This document shows positions 14,277 through 30,031 of a DNA stretch of 64,000 bases, in pieces. Numbering within the stretch: position 1 is the stretch's first letter; each line of letters starts with the position of its first letter. The notes beneath the pieces were generated by a model. That model saw nothing but the letters and a program-made list of their open reading frames with translations, was not told where the DNA came from and searched no databases. The DNA comes from the human T2T-CHM13v2.0 reference genome, Homo sapiens. The stretch lies in assembly GCF_009914755.1 (NCBI RefSeq), contig NC_060927.1, one strand, 5' to 3'. Both the position numbers and the translations under genes were made by a program.

Positions 14277-15219
14277 TTAAAACCAAAGCAATGTGAACAA
14301 AAGCTTTTGCAACATTCACCAACATTATGAAATCGTTTTTCCTAAAATCAGGTTTCCGTATGAGGAGCAGGCACGTAAGAAATATGCTAATATATTCACA
14401 GAGTAAAGTAGGACTGTTCTTTACAGATATAAGTGCCTTCAACCATGCCTGGCATGACATATTGGTGCTCAATAAATATTTGTAAAATGAACAAACATAA
14501 ATATATGAAATAAAGAAAACAGATAAGTTAGGTATATTCTGGTTTTAAATAATGGGCATGATAAATCCATCATTTTGCTTTCCTAGTATCAATTCTTACC
14601 CAACTTTATTCATTAGAAAACATCTATCACTCAAACTCTGAGAAGTTAGCTGAGGCTATAGAGATGCCACAACTGGTCATACATTGCTAAAATATGTCAG
14701 TCTACAACAAGACACTTAGATTCTTTGCATAAACTGGTAAAGTTGCCTCACTAAGAAGTTTTGATAACTATCCAATTCGACTGTCACAATAAACCCTAAC
14801 CAGGGACCACACACTTAATAGAAAAGGCCTTATTCCTCTTGGTCTGGCCACACATGGGTTTAGCATCCTTCTAGACACAAAGAGCTGATCCAGGGGTTAT
14901 GCTTCCCAAATCTACAGTGCTAGAGCATCCCAAGTGAACATCCATGCAACACATTACAATTTACATCATACTCTTCCAGCCTTTCTTTCCTGACTTATAT
15001 TCTTTTTAGCTGAAGTAAACAAGAGAATCTATGCAGAATGATTCTCCCTTCACCTATAAAACAGCTTCTCAAGGAGGTCTTTATTATCATCAGACATTCA
15101 CTAAAACTAGACTAGGAAGTTGGAAATAAACATGCAAAACAAACCACAATAAAACACACGCAGCACATGAAAAATAAATTCAAGAAATGATAAATTATCA
15201 AGTAGTCACTATGATTTTA

Positions 15220-15618
<399 letters not shown>

Positions 15619-16429
15619 TCACTCCCCACATTCCTTCGGATAAGGCTCACATTTAAACTGTTAGTCGTTACCCTGGAGAAAAAAATTCATCTTCTCCTCG
15701 CAGATAAACATATTCCCCAAAAAACAGTCCTACCTATAGACATGAAAAGCCACTAACCCATTTGGAAGTGTACCTTAATAGTTTTACATTCAGTGGAGGT
15801 GGCAGAAGGTGGCATGTTGATCTTTGTCTAACAAGCTCACCTCCTCCCTGCAATGACATGGCCTAGGTTCAGAGAAGTGAAGAAACTGGGTGTGCAAAGT
15901 TAAAAGATCCACAAAAGGCATGACCTCTGAACAGGTGAACATACCAAGAAAGACCTTAGTGGGCGGAGGTCAGGAAGAAGGGGTGTAATTCTTGCATGGA
16001 GGGTCAGAACAGAAGTAAAGCTTTCTGCAGTCTACTCTCCTTTTGTAGTCAGATAAATTCAGGCTAGATTCCTAATTTTCCACTTATTAGTTGAGTGACT
16101 TTGGGCAAATTAACTCACCTCCCTAACCTTCAGTTTTATCTGTAAACCTTATGATAGCAGTTTGCTCCCGTGAGGCTACATAAGGCACCTAATACACTTA
16201 GCAGAGCGCTTAGTACCTGGCAAACGCTCACTAATTGTAAGATATGATTGCTGTTAATAGCGTTCGCTGCTAGTGGCTGGCTCATAAGCGTTTTTTAAAA
16301 ATCACCACTTCAATCCCCTTAGAACGTGCTTCCTTAGGTTAACGGCCCTTATTCTTCTGTGTCCCACGTCTCAACAGAGCCCCTTCCTCCTCCACCCAGG
16401 GGAGGCCCAACTGCACCAGGCCATTCCAC

Positions 16430-16830
<401 letters not shown>

Positions 16831-17189
16831 ATGTGAGTTGGAGTAGGTAGGGGTGGGAAGGGACTGACTCGCCTCTCCAGGGGTAAAATAAAAGGGATGT
16901 TCAGAGTTTAAACTTTAGAAGAATAAGGACAGACTTCCTGAGGACGCTAAGGAAAATGAAGACACTTCTAAATAGTGCCCGTTGTGAGGCAATGCATTAT
17001 GCTAAGCAGCGCTTCATAATCCTATATTTGTTAATCATAAAAAACGGTCCTGAAAGGAAGTATTTATTTTTCTATTATAAATGAGGAAACTGACTCAGAA
17101 TTTAGGTGCTGGTCCAAAACAACACATCTGGCAGAGGAGCAGAGTTGGCACTGAAACAGGGTTGGCATGTGTTATCAATAGACTACACC

Positions 17190-17550
17190 CATAGAAATGA
17201 TGTATGCCTTCTAGGGCTGGATCATAAAACATATTGTTACTTCAGTTTTTGTCTCTTGGATTGCTCCCTGTGGAGAAAGCTAGCCTTCATTTCCTGCAGA
17301 CACTCAAACAGCTCTGCAGGGAGGAACATATAAAGAGGAATCAACTAGCCAGTCATGACTGAGCCACCTAGGAAGTGGATCCACCAGTCCTCGGCTGCAA
17401 CTCATGGAGACGTTAAGCCTGAATCTCCCAGCCAGGCCGCTCATGAATTACTGACTAGGAGAAATTGCCAGAGAAAATAAATGATTACTGTTTTTTTGAG
17501 TCATTAAGCTTTAGGGTAATTTGTTATGCAATAATAGATAGCTAATACAC
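17190..17550 (+). mobile_element. MLT1-type MaLR LTR fragment
   Basis: 3' end ...taagctttagggtaatttgttatgcaataatagatagctaataca. Confidence 0.65.
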
Positions 17551-18467
17551 CTGCACAAAAAATCCCCTGTCTTGGGTTCCAGATCTAGCCTAATAACCAT
17601 GTATGTGACTAGGACATTTATTCTTCTACTAATTCCCTTATTTGTCAGATTACTGTTTGTAGAAATTTGGAAATAAGAACTTTAAAGTGTAGCTATTTCA
17701 ACCTTCTCTTTTTACTAGAGATCTGGCTATCTTGGTTTAACAGGTCCAGACAATGGTCAATTCCTGGCCATTACTTGGACTTTAGTGGGCTAAAAAATCT
17801 TTGCTTTGCTTGTCCATTCATTCCACTCATTGCTGTTGCAGTTACCTTAGACACTTTTCAATAATATTTTGGACCTTGAAGGAAAAACTACATCTCTTCA
17901 TTCTAGCCATGCTGCCTGGCTTCCCAGATACTTAAGGATGGCTCTTCATTGAACAAACATGTTTTGAGGTGTGCTACATGCAAGAAGTTGAGAATAAGAA
18001 GATTTCTGTACTACTGCCAATAACTAACATTTCTTATCCATATAGTGTGCTAGAGTATGTGCTCAGCATTGTGGAAGCCCGTAAGCCAAGGCTACTAGAA
18101 GAAAACGTGAACTCATACAAAGTCAAGTTTAATTAGCTTGATGCAGCAAAAGACAGCATATGTCTGAGGATGTTTCCAAAAGAGTGACCTGGGAGGGGCT
18201 TGAAATGAAATTTGGACTTAAGGCTGAGTGATTTTAAAGTGGCATCAGAGAAGCAGGAACTTGTTTTAGAATGGGTGCTGTCAAGAAGAAAGGACAGTTC
18301 AGCAATTGGATATCTTGATAGTCTTTGTTCTAGAGACAGGAAGAACAGAGAGGAAGTGGGCATGATGTTCATAAGAAAGCAGGAATCACTCAGAATAAGG
18401 AACTGTTAGTCATTTTGCTGCAGTGGTGTGGCCTACAGTACGGTCTGTAAGAAATATTGTAATGATG

Positions 18468-18747
18468 GGCTGGGCGTGGTGGCTCAGCACTTTGGGATGC
18501 CAAGGCGGGTGGATCACGAGGTCAGGAGATTGAGACCATCCTGGCTGACATGGTGAAACCCCTTCTCTACTAAAAATACAAAAAAAAATTAGCCGGGCGT
18601 AGTGGCGGGTGCCTGTAGTCCCAGCTACTCAGGAGGCTGAGGCAGGAGAATGGTGTGAACCTGGGAGGCGCAGCTTGCAGTGAGCGAGATTGAGCCACTG
18701 CACTCCAGCCTGGGTGACAGAGCAAGACTCCGTCTCAAAAAAAAAAA
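18468..18747 (+). mobile_element. AluY/Sc-like element
   Basis: Alu body with a small 5' deletion; TSD aagaaatattgta(a/t)tgatg. Confidence 0.9.
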
Positions 18748-21514
18748 GAAATATTGTATTGATGTTCTGCTATAAACACTGCAGTCCAGTTACTAATAGT
18801 ATTCATTTTTACTCTCTCAGTGTATTTTCTCACTTGATTGTTATGACAATCTGCTGTGACAATAGTATAATTATCTGGATCTTACAGTTAAGAAAATAGG
18901 CATACAGAGATTACATAACTTAAATAAAATCACCCAGCTATTAACTGGTAGAGCCAAAGACTGTGACCATAGATAGAGCTTATGCTTTTAGACATTTTGT
19001 TTCTTTGGCTCTCTATGACAAATATGTCACTACTCTTGCCTTGGAATTTCTTTAAGGCTAAAGAGGAAAATCGGTAAGTAATCACACGCAGTGGTCAGTG
19101 AGGATTGAAGAGGTAGCCATTTGGTCTAACCTTTTCCCATAGTACCAAATATCTCCTAGTCCATAAGGAGGACCTTGACAGCAGGCACCACCGCTGAACT
19201 GAATCAAAGTAAAACATGGTTTGTCTGCTGTCGTAAAAAATGTGTCTCCTGATTGCCAGCCAGGGCTGAGTGGTGTCATACTTGATTTAGTCACTGTAAT
19301 ATGCTGCTGACAGTTACTAGGCTCAGTTGTCAAGGGACCCAGCCTAGGCTTTTCTAGGGCAGTCAGGCACTGACCTAGAGCTTCCTGTTATTTCTGATGT
19401 CATCCTTCAGACACTGCCTTAGACCCTGAAACTGTAATGCCATTTTGCCTCTCTAAGATTTCAATTCCTTATTGGAACGAAGATAACTTGCACTTTCTCT
19501 TTTTAGTGGTACAGTTCTATAACTCTTACTCCGCTAATTCAGACCAACAGATGATCTCATAAACCTTCTCTTATTAAATAAAACATTAGGAATAGATTCA
19601 TTTTTGAATTACTAAAGCCATGTTCAATACAAGAGAATCATCATAGAAGGAGCAGATTTCAAAGCAAGAGTTCACTGGAAATAATCTTTTATATGTGTTC
19701 CTGCCATTAGGCTCTACCATTAGCTCTTATAATGTTTGTGATATATCCTGTATAGTTGGATTATTGCAAGATGGTAAATTTTGTGTTGGGTAATTTCCAC
19801 TTTAGTATTCATTTATGCTGTCTCTTAGTTTATAACATACCTTATATTTGAAATTAGAAATCTTTTAAACAATGAGTTTGGATTTACTAAGTTATCCTTT
19901 TTTTTCTCCATTTTTCTCAAGTTGTGAGAATCTAGCATATTTTAAAATCAGTAAAGATGTTATGAAAGTGAGTCAAGCATTCAATGGGGATATAGATAAA
20001 ATAAACTTTAAGAGATTTTTGAACTTTAAGATTTCATTGCTGGCTGAAATAGAAAATTTGAAAGGCTGTATTGCAAAATCCACAGATACTCATTCAGTAA
20101 GAGAATGAATTCTGCTTCAATGTCCTTCAGTAAGGCCAAATCACAATTTGTAACTTTAATATATTGCTTTTAAAACATAATTTTTATTTGTAAATTCCCA
20201 AGTAAGCCCACAGACTTTAGGGTTCCAAGAGATGATCAGAATTAAAATTCATTTGGCTTGAAGAAAGCCTTAAAAAAATAGAAAAAAAGCAGTATGGCCA
20301 TGTAGTAATCTGGGTTTAAGGTTTCAAAACTTAATGTAATTATACCAATGTCCATTTTTTAAAGTTCTTTGATTACTTAGAAAAAATATTAGCAACAGAC
20401 AATGTAGCATCACATGCCAGGGAACCAATGCTTTTCAAAAGGACATCTCTTCCTCCCTGGTCTTCCTCCCAATGCCAGTGTAGTTTTGATGGCCAGAGTA
20501 TAGCTCCAAACCAGTGGATACTCTAGCCACCTAGAATCATAATCAGGATTACCCCTCTGAGCCTTACAGATACAGAATCTGGAGAAATTCTAAAGACTGA
20601 GTTCATTTAGGATTTTGATTCCACTTAGAGGAGGCCTAGGGATTCCCTGAAAAATGATAAATAACTAACATTTGCATTGCTTTTGCTAAGTGGCAGACAC
20701 TGATCTATGTGCTTTCCATATATTAACTTATTTAATCCTCACCTGTGAAGTGGGTACTGTTAGTCTCAACCCCATTTTACAAATATGGAAACTGAGGCAC
20801 AGAGACGATGAGCAGGTCATTCAAGTGCACAAACTTTACATTTGTTAAGTAAGTGGTGGAGACAGGAGTTGAGGCCAGGCAGGCTGTCTAGAGTCCAAGT
20901 GCTTAACTGATCTGCTGTACTGCCTCTGTCCTTAGAAGAGAAAGCTGCATAGCACATTATTGGAACACTCAGCTCAGCATCCAGAGGATGCCCCAGACCA
21001 ACAAAGATTGATGATGATAGTGCTAAGCCTGCATCTTTAGGCGTCTCATCAGTCTAGATCAGAATCCGTCGGTCTCAAGAGAGAATGATGAGGCCGAACT
21101 GCTTGAGATATTCACCCATTCAATTCCTATGCAACCTCATTGGAGGCTTTTCAGAGCCCACGTGATGTTGAAAGCCTGTGATTCTCAACCCTGAATGTGT
21201 ACAAGATTTACCTGGGAATCTTGCTAAAATGCGGAACCTGATTCATTAGGTCTAGGGTGGGATCTGAGAGTCTGCATTTCTAAGAAGCTCAAGATGATGT
21301 CAGTGCTGACCACATTTTGGGTAGCAGCATTCTAAAAATGGCTGTGAACTCAGAGCCAAGAGACTTGGGATTCAATCTCAGGTCTAAACTTAACTAGCAG
21401 TGCGACACAGAGTAAATCACTTCACCTCTCTGCCTGTTCATCTGTCCAGCTGAGGTCCCTTCTAGTCTTCTAAGTGAAAGTCCTTCTGGAAGGTAGAAAA
21501 CAGTAGTTATATTA

Positions 21515-21860
21515 TTCTTTCTTTTTTTTTTTTCTTTTTTGTAAAGATGGAGTCTCGCTCTGTCACCAGGCTGGAGTGCAGAGTCTCACTCTGTCACCAG
21601 GCTGGAGTGCAGTGGCGTGATCAAGGCTCACTGCAACCTCTGCCTCCTGGGTTCAAGCAATTGTCCGCCTCAGCATACCAAGTAGCTGAGTTTACAGGGG
21701 CCCGCCACCATGCCCGGCTAATTTTTGTATTTTTTTTTTTTTAAGTAGAGACAGGTTTCACCATGTTGGCCAAGATGTTCTTGATCTCTTGACCTCGTGA
21801 TCCACCTGCCTCAGCCTCCTAAAGTGCTGGGATTACAGGTGTGAGCCACTGCGCCCAGCC
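21515..21860 (-). mobile_element. AluS element with an internal 31-bp tandem duplication
   Basis: Antisense Alu; gagtctc(g/a)ctctgtcaccaggctggagtgca repeated at 21550-21580 and 21581-21611. Confidence 0.9.
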
Positions 21861-21874
21861 ACAATAGTCACATT

Positions 21875-22375
21875 ATTCTAAATGTTTACGTCCTAATTCT
21901 TGAAATCTGTAAATGTCCTTTATTACGTGACAAAAGGGACTTTGCAGATGTAATTAGAGTTTTGAACCTTGAGATGTGGAGATTATACTAGATTATCTGG
22001 GTGGGCCCAATGTAATTACATGAATCCTTAAAATCTGAGAACATTTCTGGCTGTGGTGAGAAATGTAACAATGGAGGAAGGGTAAGATAAATGCAATGTA
22101 AAAAGAATCAACCTAACAGTGTTTACCTGGAAGATGGAAGAAGGGGTCCACAAGCCAAGGAATGCAGTGACCTCTAGAAGCTAGAAAAGGCAAGGAACTA
22201 TATTCTCCTGTAGGAGCTCCAGAATAGAATGCAACCCTGCAGCCACCTTCATAGTAGCCCAGTGAGACTTGTGTCAAACTTTTGACCCCTAGAATTGTCA
22301 AATAACAAATTTGTGTTGTTTAAGCCATTTAGCTTTGGGTACTTTGTTATAGCAGAAATGGAAGACTATTATAGA
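21875..22375 (+). mobile_element. MLT1C/D-like MaLR LTR
   Basis: gggactttgcagatgtaatt...agccaaggaatgcag...tttgtgttgtttaagcca...gttatagcag. Confidence 0.75.
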
Positions 22376-22505
22376 CAATTAAGCCCGAAGTTCAAAATGC
22401 TGGTAACTCATATAGCAAACAGAATTTGATTTTGGAATATTTTGAGATATAACATCAAGATTTTAAGAGAAACTGTTCTATTTTCTTTATTTAGTTTTGC
22501 TTACC

Positions 22506-22806
22506 TTTTTTTTTTTTTTTTTTTAGAGATGGGGTCTTGCTCTGTCACCTAGGCTGGAGTGCAGTAGCATGATATGGCTCACTGCAGCCTCAAACTTGTG
22601 GGCTTAAGCGATCCTCCTGCCTGCCTTCTGAGTAGCTAGGACTACAGGTGAGTGCCACCATGCCTGGCTAAATTTTTCATTTTTTTGTAGAGACAGGGTC
22701 TTGCTGTGTTGTCCAGGCTGGACTGAAACTCCTGGCCTCATGCAATCCTCCTGCTTTAGCCTCCCAAAGTGCTAGGATTACAGGCATGAGCCATCACACC
22801 CAGCCA
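22506..22806 (-). mobile_element. AluJ element
   Basis: Antisense Alu with J-type features; flanked by ttctattttct. Confidence 0.88.
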
Positions 22807-22968
22807 GTATTCTATTTTCTAGTTTCCTTTGGAGGTCTAAAAAAATCATTATTAGTATGAGTAAGACCCCAAAAGCAAATGCAATAAAAATAAAAATAAA
22901 TAAATGGGACCTAATTTAGCTAAAAAGCTTCTGTACAGAAAAAGAAATCATCATCAGGGTAAACAGAA

Positions 22969-23398
22969 TGTCACACGCGTCCGTGTGAAGACAGTCCACC
23001 AAACAGGCTTTGTGTGAGCAACAACGCTGTTTATTTCACTTGGATGCAGGCAGGCTGAGTCCGAAAAAGGAGTCAGCAAAGGGTGGTGGGATTATCATTA
23101 GTTCTTATAGGTTTGGGATAGGCGTACAAAGTACATTCTTAAGAGCAGGGGAGAATATTACAAAGTACCATCTTAAGGGGAGAGGGGAGAATATTACAAA
23201 GTACCTTCTTAAGGGTGGGGAGGGGAGGTTATATCGTATCAGTTAGGGTGGGGCAGGAAAAAATCACAATGGTGGAATGTCATCAGTTCAGGCTATTTTC
23301 ACTTCTTTTGTGGATCTTCAGTTGCTTCAGGCCATCTGGATGTATACATGCAGGTCATAGGGGATATGATGGCTAAGTTTGGGCTCAGAGGCCTGACA
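22969..23398 (-). mobile_element. LTR7-family 3' LTR of HERV-H (430 bp)
   Basis: Minus strand starts tgtcaggcctctgagcccaa and ends ...ggacgcgtgtgaca; internal repeat ggggagaatattacaaagtac. Confidence 0.92.
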
Positions 23399-26300
23399 TT
23401 CCTGTCTTCTTATATTAATAAGAAAAACAAAACAAAATAGTCGTGAAGTGTTGGGGCGGTGAAAATTTTTGGGGGTGGTACGGAGAGATAATGGATGATG
23501 TTTATCAGGGCTGCTTCGAGCAGGATTAGGGGTATTGTGGGAACCTAGAGTGGGAGAGATTAAACTGAAGAAAGATTTTGGGGTAGAAGGTGATATTGTG
23601 GGGTTGTTAGAAAGAGCATTTGTCATACAGAATGATTGGTGATGGCCTGGATGCATTTTTTTATGAATTGAGAAGCTAAGCGGAAGACACAAGGTCCAAA
23701 TAAGAGAAGGAGAAAAAGAGGTATTAAAGGACTAAGAATTGGGAGGACCCAGGACATCCAAATAGAGAGTGCCCAAGGGGGTTCAGCATAATTATTTGCT
23801 TGGTGGTGAGTTTTTGGGCTCTATTCTTGAGTTTTTTTATGTTGTCATATACCAGGCCAGATTGATTTAGGTAAAGAAAAAAAAAACACTCTTCATTTAA
23901 AAATATATACAGTCCTCCTTTTTCAGCAGTGGGTAAATCGAGGCCTCGGCAATTTTGGAGGAAAGACAAATGCAAAGCCAGCAATTGTTTGTTAAAGAAG
24001 GATTAGAAATGGCTAGGAGAGAGTGAGTAAGAGTGATAGTGTGGTGGAGATAGCTGGGGAGAGGTAGAGGGTAGCATAAGAATGGGGACTAGAATAAGAG
24101 TGAGTATAAAAGTAAGGAATAGGACTTCATCGGGGTGAAAGTATTGGAGTGTGTTCTGTCAGCAAAGATCATCTATCCACTCCAAGAGGGAGTCAAGAGT
24201 GGCAGATGGGGGATAGATTTTCACGATGGAAAGGAAATGAGAGGTTTTAAGAGGTGGTCTAATGGCTTGTAACCTACAAGGAAGAGGTTATGAAATGATG
24301 ACAGAATACAATGGGCCTATGAGGCTGGAAGGAGATATATATATATTTTTTGGTCTAAGAACCATCTGCCTTGAGTAGAGAGGGATTGATAGGTGGAAAC
24401 TTCATTTGGAGAGTAAATAGGAGTGACCAATGAGAAGGAGAAAAACTGGCCATGAGGCACAGAAGTTAGAAGCTAGCTGCTTCTTTAGCTACCTTATCAG
24501 CATAAGCGTTGCCCTGAGTGATCAGATCTGATGCCTTTTGATGGTCCTTGCAGTGAATGACTCCAGCTTCCTTTGGAAGTAAAGCAGCTTTGAGAAGAGT
24601 TTTTACTAAAGAGGCATTAATGATGGAGGACCCTTGCGTAGTGAGGAAACCTCTTTCAGCCCATATAACAGCGTGGTGGTGCAGGATATGGAAAACATAT
24701 TTAGAGTCAGTATAAATATTGATGCATAATCCCTTTGCAAGAGTGAGGGCCCGAGTTAAGGCAATGAGTTCAGCTTGCTGAGAGGTAGTGGAGGGGAGCA
24801 GAGCAATAGCCTCAATGATACATGTGGAAGATACTATAGCATAGCCTGCCTTTGCTGGTGAGTGGCGATTAGGCCTGGTGGAACTGCCATTAGTAAACCA
24901 AGTGTGATTAGGGAGAGGAACAGGAAAGAAGGAAATTGGGGAAATGGAGTGAATGCCAGGTGGATCAGAGATATACAGTCATGGGGGTCAGGTGTGGTAT
25001 CAGGAATAATGTGGGGGCCAGCCTAAAACAGTAAGATCAAGTTGTTTGGACAGAAAGGCTACAGGACATGATCCCAGCTCTTGTGTAAGAATTCCGACTG
25101 CACAGCCCTGAACTTTGGCTGTGTGTAATGAAAAAGGGTTGGGATGAGTTAGGGAGAGCTAGTGTGAGAGCAGCTTTTAGGGCTGTTTTTAAGGAATGGA
25201 AAGAGGGGTGGAGAAAGGATTTAGGATTTATGGGGTCGGCTAGGTTTCCCTTTGTGAGTTTATATAACGGTTTTGTTAGGATGGCAAAACCAGGTATCCA
25301 AAGGTGAAAGTATCCAACCATGCCCAGGAAGGAAAGGGGTTGTTGTTTTGTAGAAGGGATTGGGGTTTGGGAGATTGGTCGGACACAATCAGCAGGGAGA
25401 GCACATGTGTTTTTATGAAGAATTATGTTGAGATTGGTAACAGATGAGGAAGAAATTTGGGCTTTGGAGGGGGATATGTGATATCCCTTTGACAATAGAT
25501 GTTAGAGAAGCAGGAGGGTGTCCTGTTGAGAAGATTTGTAGGGGCAGGGCTATAAAGTAGAAGGTCATCAAAATATTGAATAAGGTGAGAAGCAGATGAA
25601 TGGAAAGAAAGTAAATCATGAGAAAGGGCTTGACTGAAATAATGGGGGCTGTTCCTGAAGCCTTGAGGCAGTACAGCCCAGGTAAGTTGCTGAGGCTGAT
25701 GGGTGTCAGGGTCAGTCCAAGTGAAAGCAAAGAGAGGCTGGGTGAAGGGTGCAAAGGAATAGTAAAGAAAGCATCTTGGAGATCCAGAACAGAATATATG
25801 GGTTTGGCACTATAGGATGGATGAGAAGGACAATTTGATTAATAAGGTGAAGATCCTGAACCAGCCTTTAAGACTTGTCCGGTTTTTGGACAGGTAGGAT
25901 AGGGGAGTTTTAAGAGGTTTAGAAGCCTGGCTACCAATACCTGGAACAGTTATGGAGGCAAGGGAAACAGGGCCCTTGAAAAGAAGGTAATGTGGAGTGG
26001 ATAGCCTCCATATTGATTAAGAAGGGGACGGACTTACCCTCCACTGTAAGAGTTACCCAGAGTGTCCATGATGGTCCAGGAGGCTTCCAAGGTGATGGGG
26101 CAGTGTCAGTCTTCAGCCACTAAGCCGAGAAGATCTGAGAAGGAGTCAGTCAGAAAGTCTTGGGCCAGAGTTCCAGGGGCTCTGGGAGTGGCTGTCGGGT
26201 GAGTTGGACAGTCCAATTTCCAGTGGGGTCCTGCACAGATGGGACAAGGCTTAGGAGGAATCTGGGGCTGCGGGCATTCCTTGGCTCAGTGGCCAGATTG

Positions 26301-27908
26301 CCAGCACTTAAAGCAAGATCCTGGGGGAGGAAGTCCTGAAGGAATGCCTGACTGCTGTGGCTTAGGCGTTTTGAAGTTCTTGTGTGCTGGAGATGTGGCT
26401 GGGGTTTCTCTCACAGCAGAGGCAAGTAATTGCAACTCTTCTCTATTATTGTACACCTTGAAGGTGAGGTTAAGTCCTGTTGTGGGGTTTGAGGGACAAA
26501 ATCTAATTTTTGGAGCTTTATTTAATGTCAGGAGTGGATTGGGTAATAAAATGCATATTGAGAATAAGACGGCCTTCTGACCTTTTAGGGTCTAGGCTGT
26601 AAAGCATCTCAGGGTTGCTGCCAAATGAGTCATGAACTGGGCTGGGTTTTTATATTTGATGAAAAAGAGCCTAAACGCTAACTGATTTGGAAGAGGTCGG
26701 ATAAAGAAAAAGGAGCATTAACCTTGACTATGCCTTTAGCTCCAGCCACCTTTTTAATAGGAAATTTGGGGGCATGTTGGGGAGGGCTAGTCACAGAAGG
26801 AAACTGTAAGCCAGATCAAGTGTGAGGAGGGGAGGTGATAGAAGGATTATAGGGTGGGGCAGCAGAGGCTGAGGAAGAATTGGAGCCTGATTCAGCCTTG
26901 CAGGGAGTGACCTGAGGAGGAGTCTGGGGAGGAGGGGAGAGGTCAGATGGGTCAATAGAAAAGGAAGATTGAAAAGACTCAGTGATGCTTGGGGTTGGGA
27001 CTGAGGGAACAGGTGAGAGGGAAAGAAGGAGGATTTGGGATGAGTCACATTGGGATCAGAGACTAGGGAGGGAACAAAGTGTGAAAAATGCCTGGATGTA
27101 AGGCACCTCAGACCATTTGTCCATTTTTTGACAAAAATTATCTAGGTCTTATAGGATGCAGAAAATGAAAGTGCCGTTTTCTGGCCATTTAGAGCCATTA
27201 TCAAGTTTGTATTAGGGCCAAGTGGAGTTGCAGAAGAAAATAAAGCATTTAGGTTTTAGGTCAGTTGTTGAGTTGAAGAGGTTTTAAGTTTTTGAGAACA
27301 TAGGCTAAGGGAGAAGAGGGAGGAATGGAAAGTGGAAGGTTGCCCATAGTGAAGGAGGCAAGCCCAGAGAAAAGAGAGGGTAGAGACATGAAAGCACAGG
27401 TAGAGACAGGAAAGCACCACTTTCCTGCTTGCCCCCCAGGAAAGTGGTGCTTGCCACTAAGGGTGAAGGATCAAGGCAGGCATCCCTGCGGTGATCAGAC
27501 ACCTCTGAAACGTGGGTGAATAATCAAGCAGGTGTCCCCACAGTGATTAAACACCAAGGGAAGACTGTCTTCCCAAGTCCATGACCAGCGCCGGAGTTTT
27601 GAGTTCATGGATAAAATGCGTCTCCTCTGTCTCTACCAGAAAAGGAATGGAATTGAAATTAAGAGAAGGGAGAGATTGAAGGATGGCGCCAAGATTGAAA
27701 GGAGAAAGAGGTTCAGGGATAGTGAGAGAGGTTGGAGAAGAGAGTAAAAAGAGGCCACTTACCCAATTTAAAATTGGTGAGATGTTCCTTGGGCTGGTTG
27801 GTCTGAGGACCTGAGGTCGTAGGTGGATCTTTCTGACAGAGCAAAGAGCAGGAGGACAGGGGATTGATCTCCCAAAGGAGGTCCCCCGATCTGAGTCACG
27901 ACACCAAA

Positions 27909-27954
27909 TGTCACAGGGGATATGGTGGCTTAGCTTGGGCTCAGAGGCCTGACA
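27909..27954 (-). mobile_element. Collapsed 46-bp remnant of the HERV-H 5' LTR
   Basis: Both LTR termini are present but directly fused at gtcaca; lies adjacent to the PBS. Confidence 0.88.
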
Positions 27955-28034
27955 CAGACAGCCCACAGATGGAAGAAAATATTTGCAAACCTTATATCCA
28001 ATAAAGGACTAATATCCACAATCTACAAGAAACT

Positions 28035-28547
28035 TGTTGGGAACAAGGTCCCCAAAATCTGGCCATAAACTGACCCCAAAACTGGCCATAAACAAAATCT
28101 CTGCAGCACTGTGACATGTTCACGATGGCCATAACGCCCACGCTGGAAGGTGATGGGCTTACTGGAATGAGGGCAAGGAACACCTGGCCCGCCCAGGGCG
28201 GATAACCACTTAAAGGCATTCTTAAGCCACAAACAATAGCATGAGAGATCTGTGCCTTAAGTGCATGCTCCTGCTGCAGTTAACTAGCCCAACCTATCCC
28301 CTTAATTCAGCCCATCCCTTCATTTCCCATAAGGGATACTTTTAGTTAATTTAATATCTATAGAAACAATGCTAATGACTGGCTTGCTGTTAATAAATAC
28401 GTGGGTAAATATCTGTTCGAGGCTCTCAGCTCTGAAGGCTGTGAGACCCCTGATTTTGCACTTCACACCTCTATATTTCTGTGTGTGTGTCTTTAATTCC
28501 TCTAGCACCACTGGGTTAGGGTCTCCCCAACTGAGCTGCTCTTGGCA
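28035..28547 (+). mobile_element. MER9 solo LTR (HERV-K HML-3 group)
   Basis: tgttgggaacaaggtccccaaaatctggccataaactgaccccaaaactggccataaac...cttggca; 513 bp; TSD aaact. Confidence 0.88.
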
Positions 28548-28584
28548 AAACTCAAACAAATCATCAAGAAAAAACAACAGATAA

Positions 28585-30031
<1,447 letters not shown>

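Larger units (their letters stand above)
22969..27954 (-). mobile_element. HERV-H provirus (~5 kb, internally deleted; degraded gag/pol/env remnants)
   Basis: tRNA-His-like PBS at 27889-27906; polypurine tract at 23399-23411; RT remnant SFLGMVGYFHLWIPGFAILTKPLYKLTK (ORF 25037..25495); TSD cagaa/cagac (4 of 5 match). Confidence 0.93.

Noticed and set aside
18070-18438. Possible solo LTR (tgtggaag...ggcctaca)
   Set aside because: TG..CA ends are suggestive, but I could not assign a family or find a convincing TSD.
25037-25754. HERV-H pol-like ORFs as functional proteins
   Set aside because: Short, frameshifted reverse transcriptase remnants in an internally deleted provirus lacking a 5' promoter.
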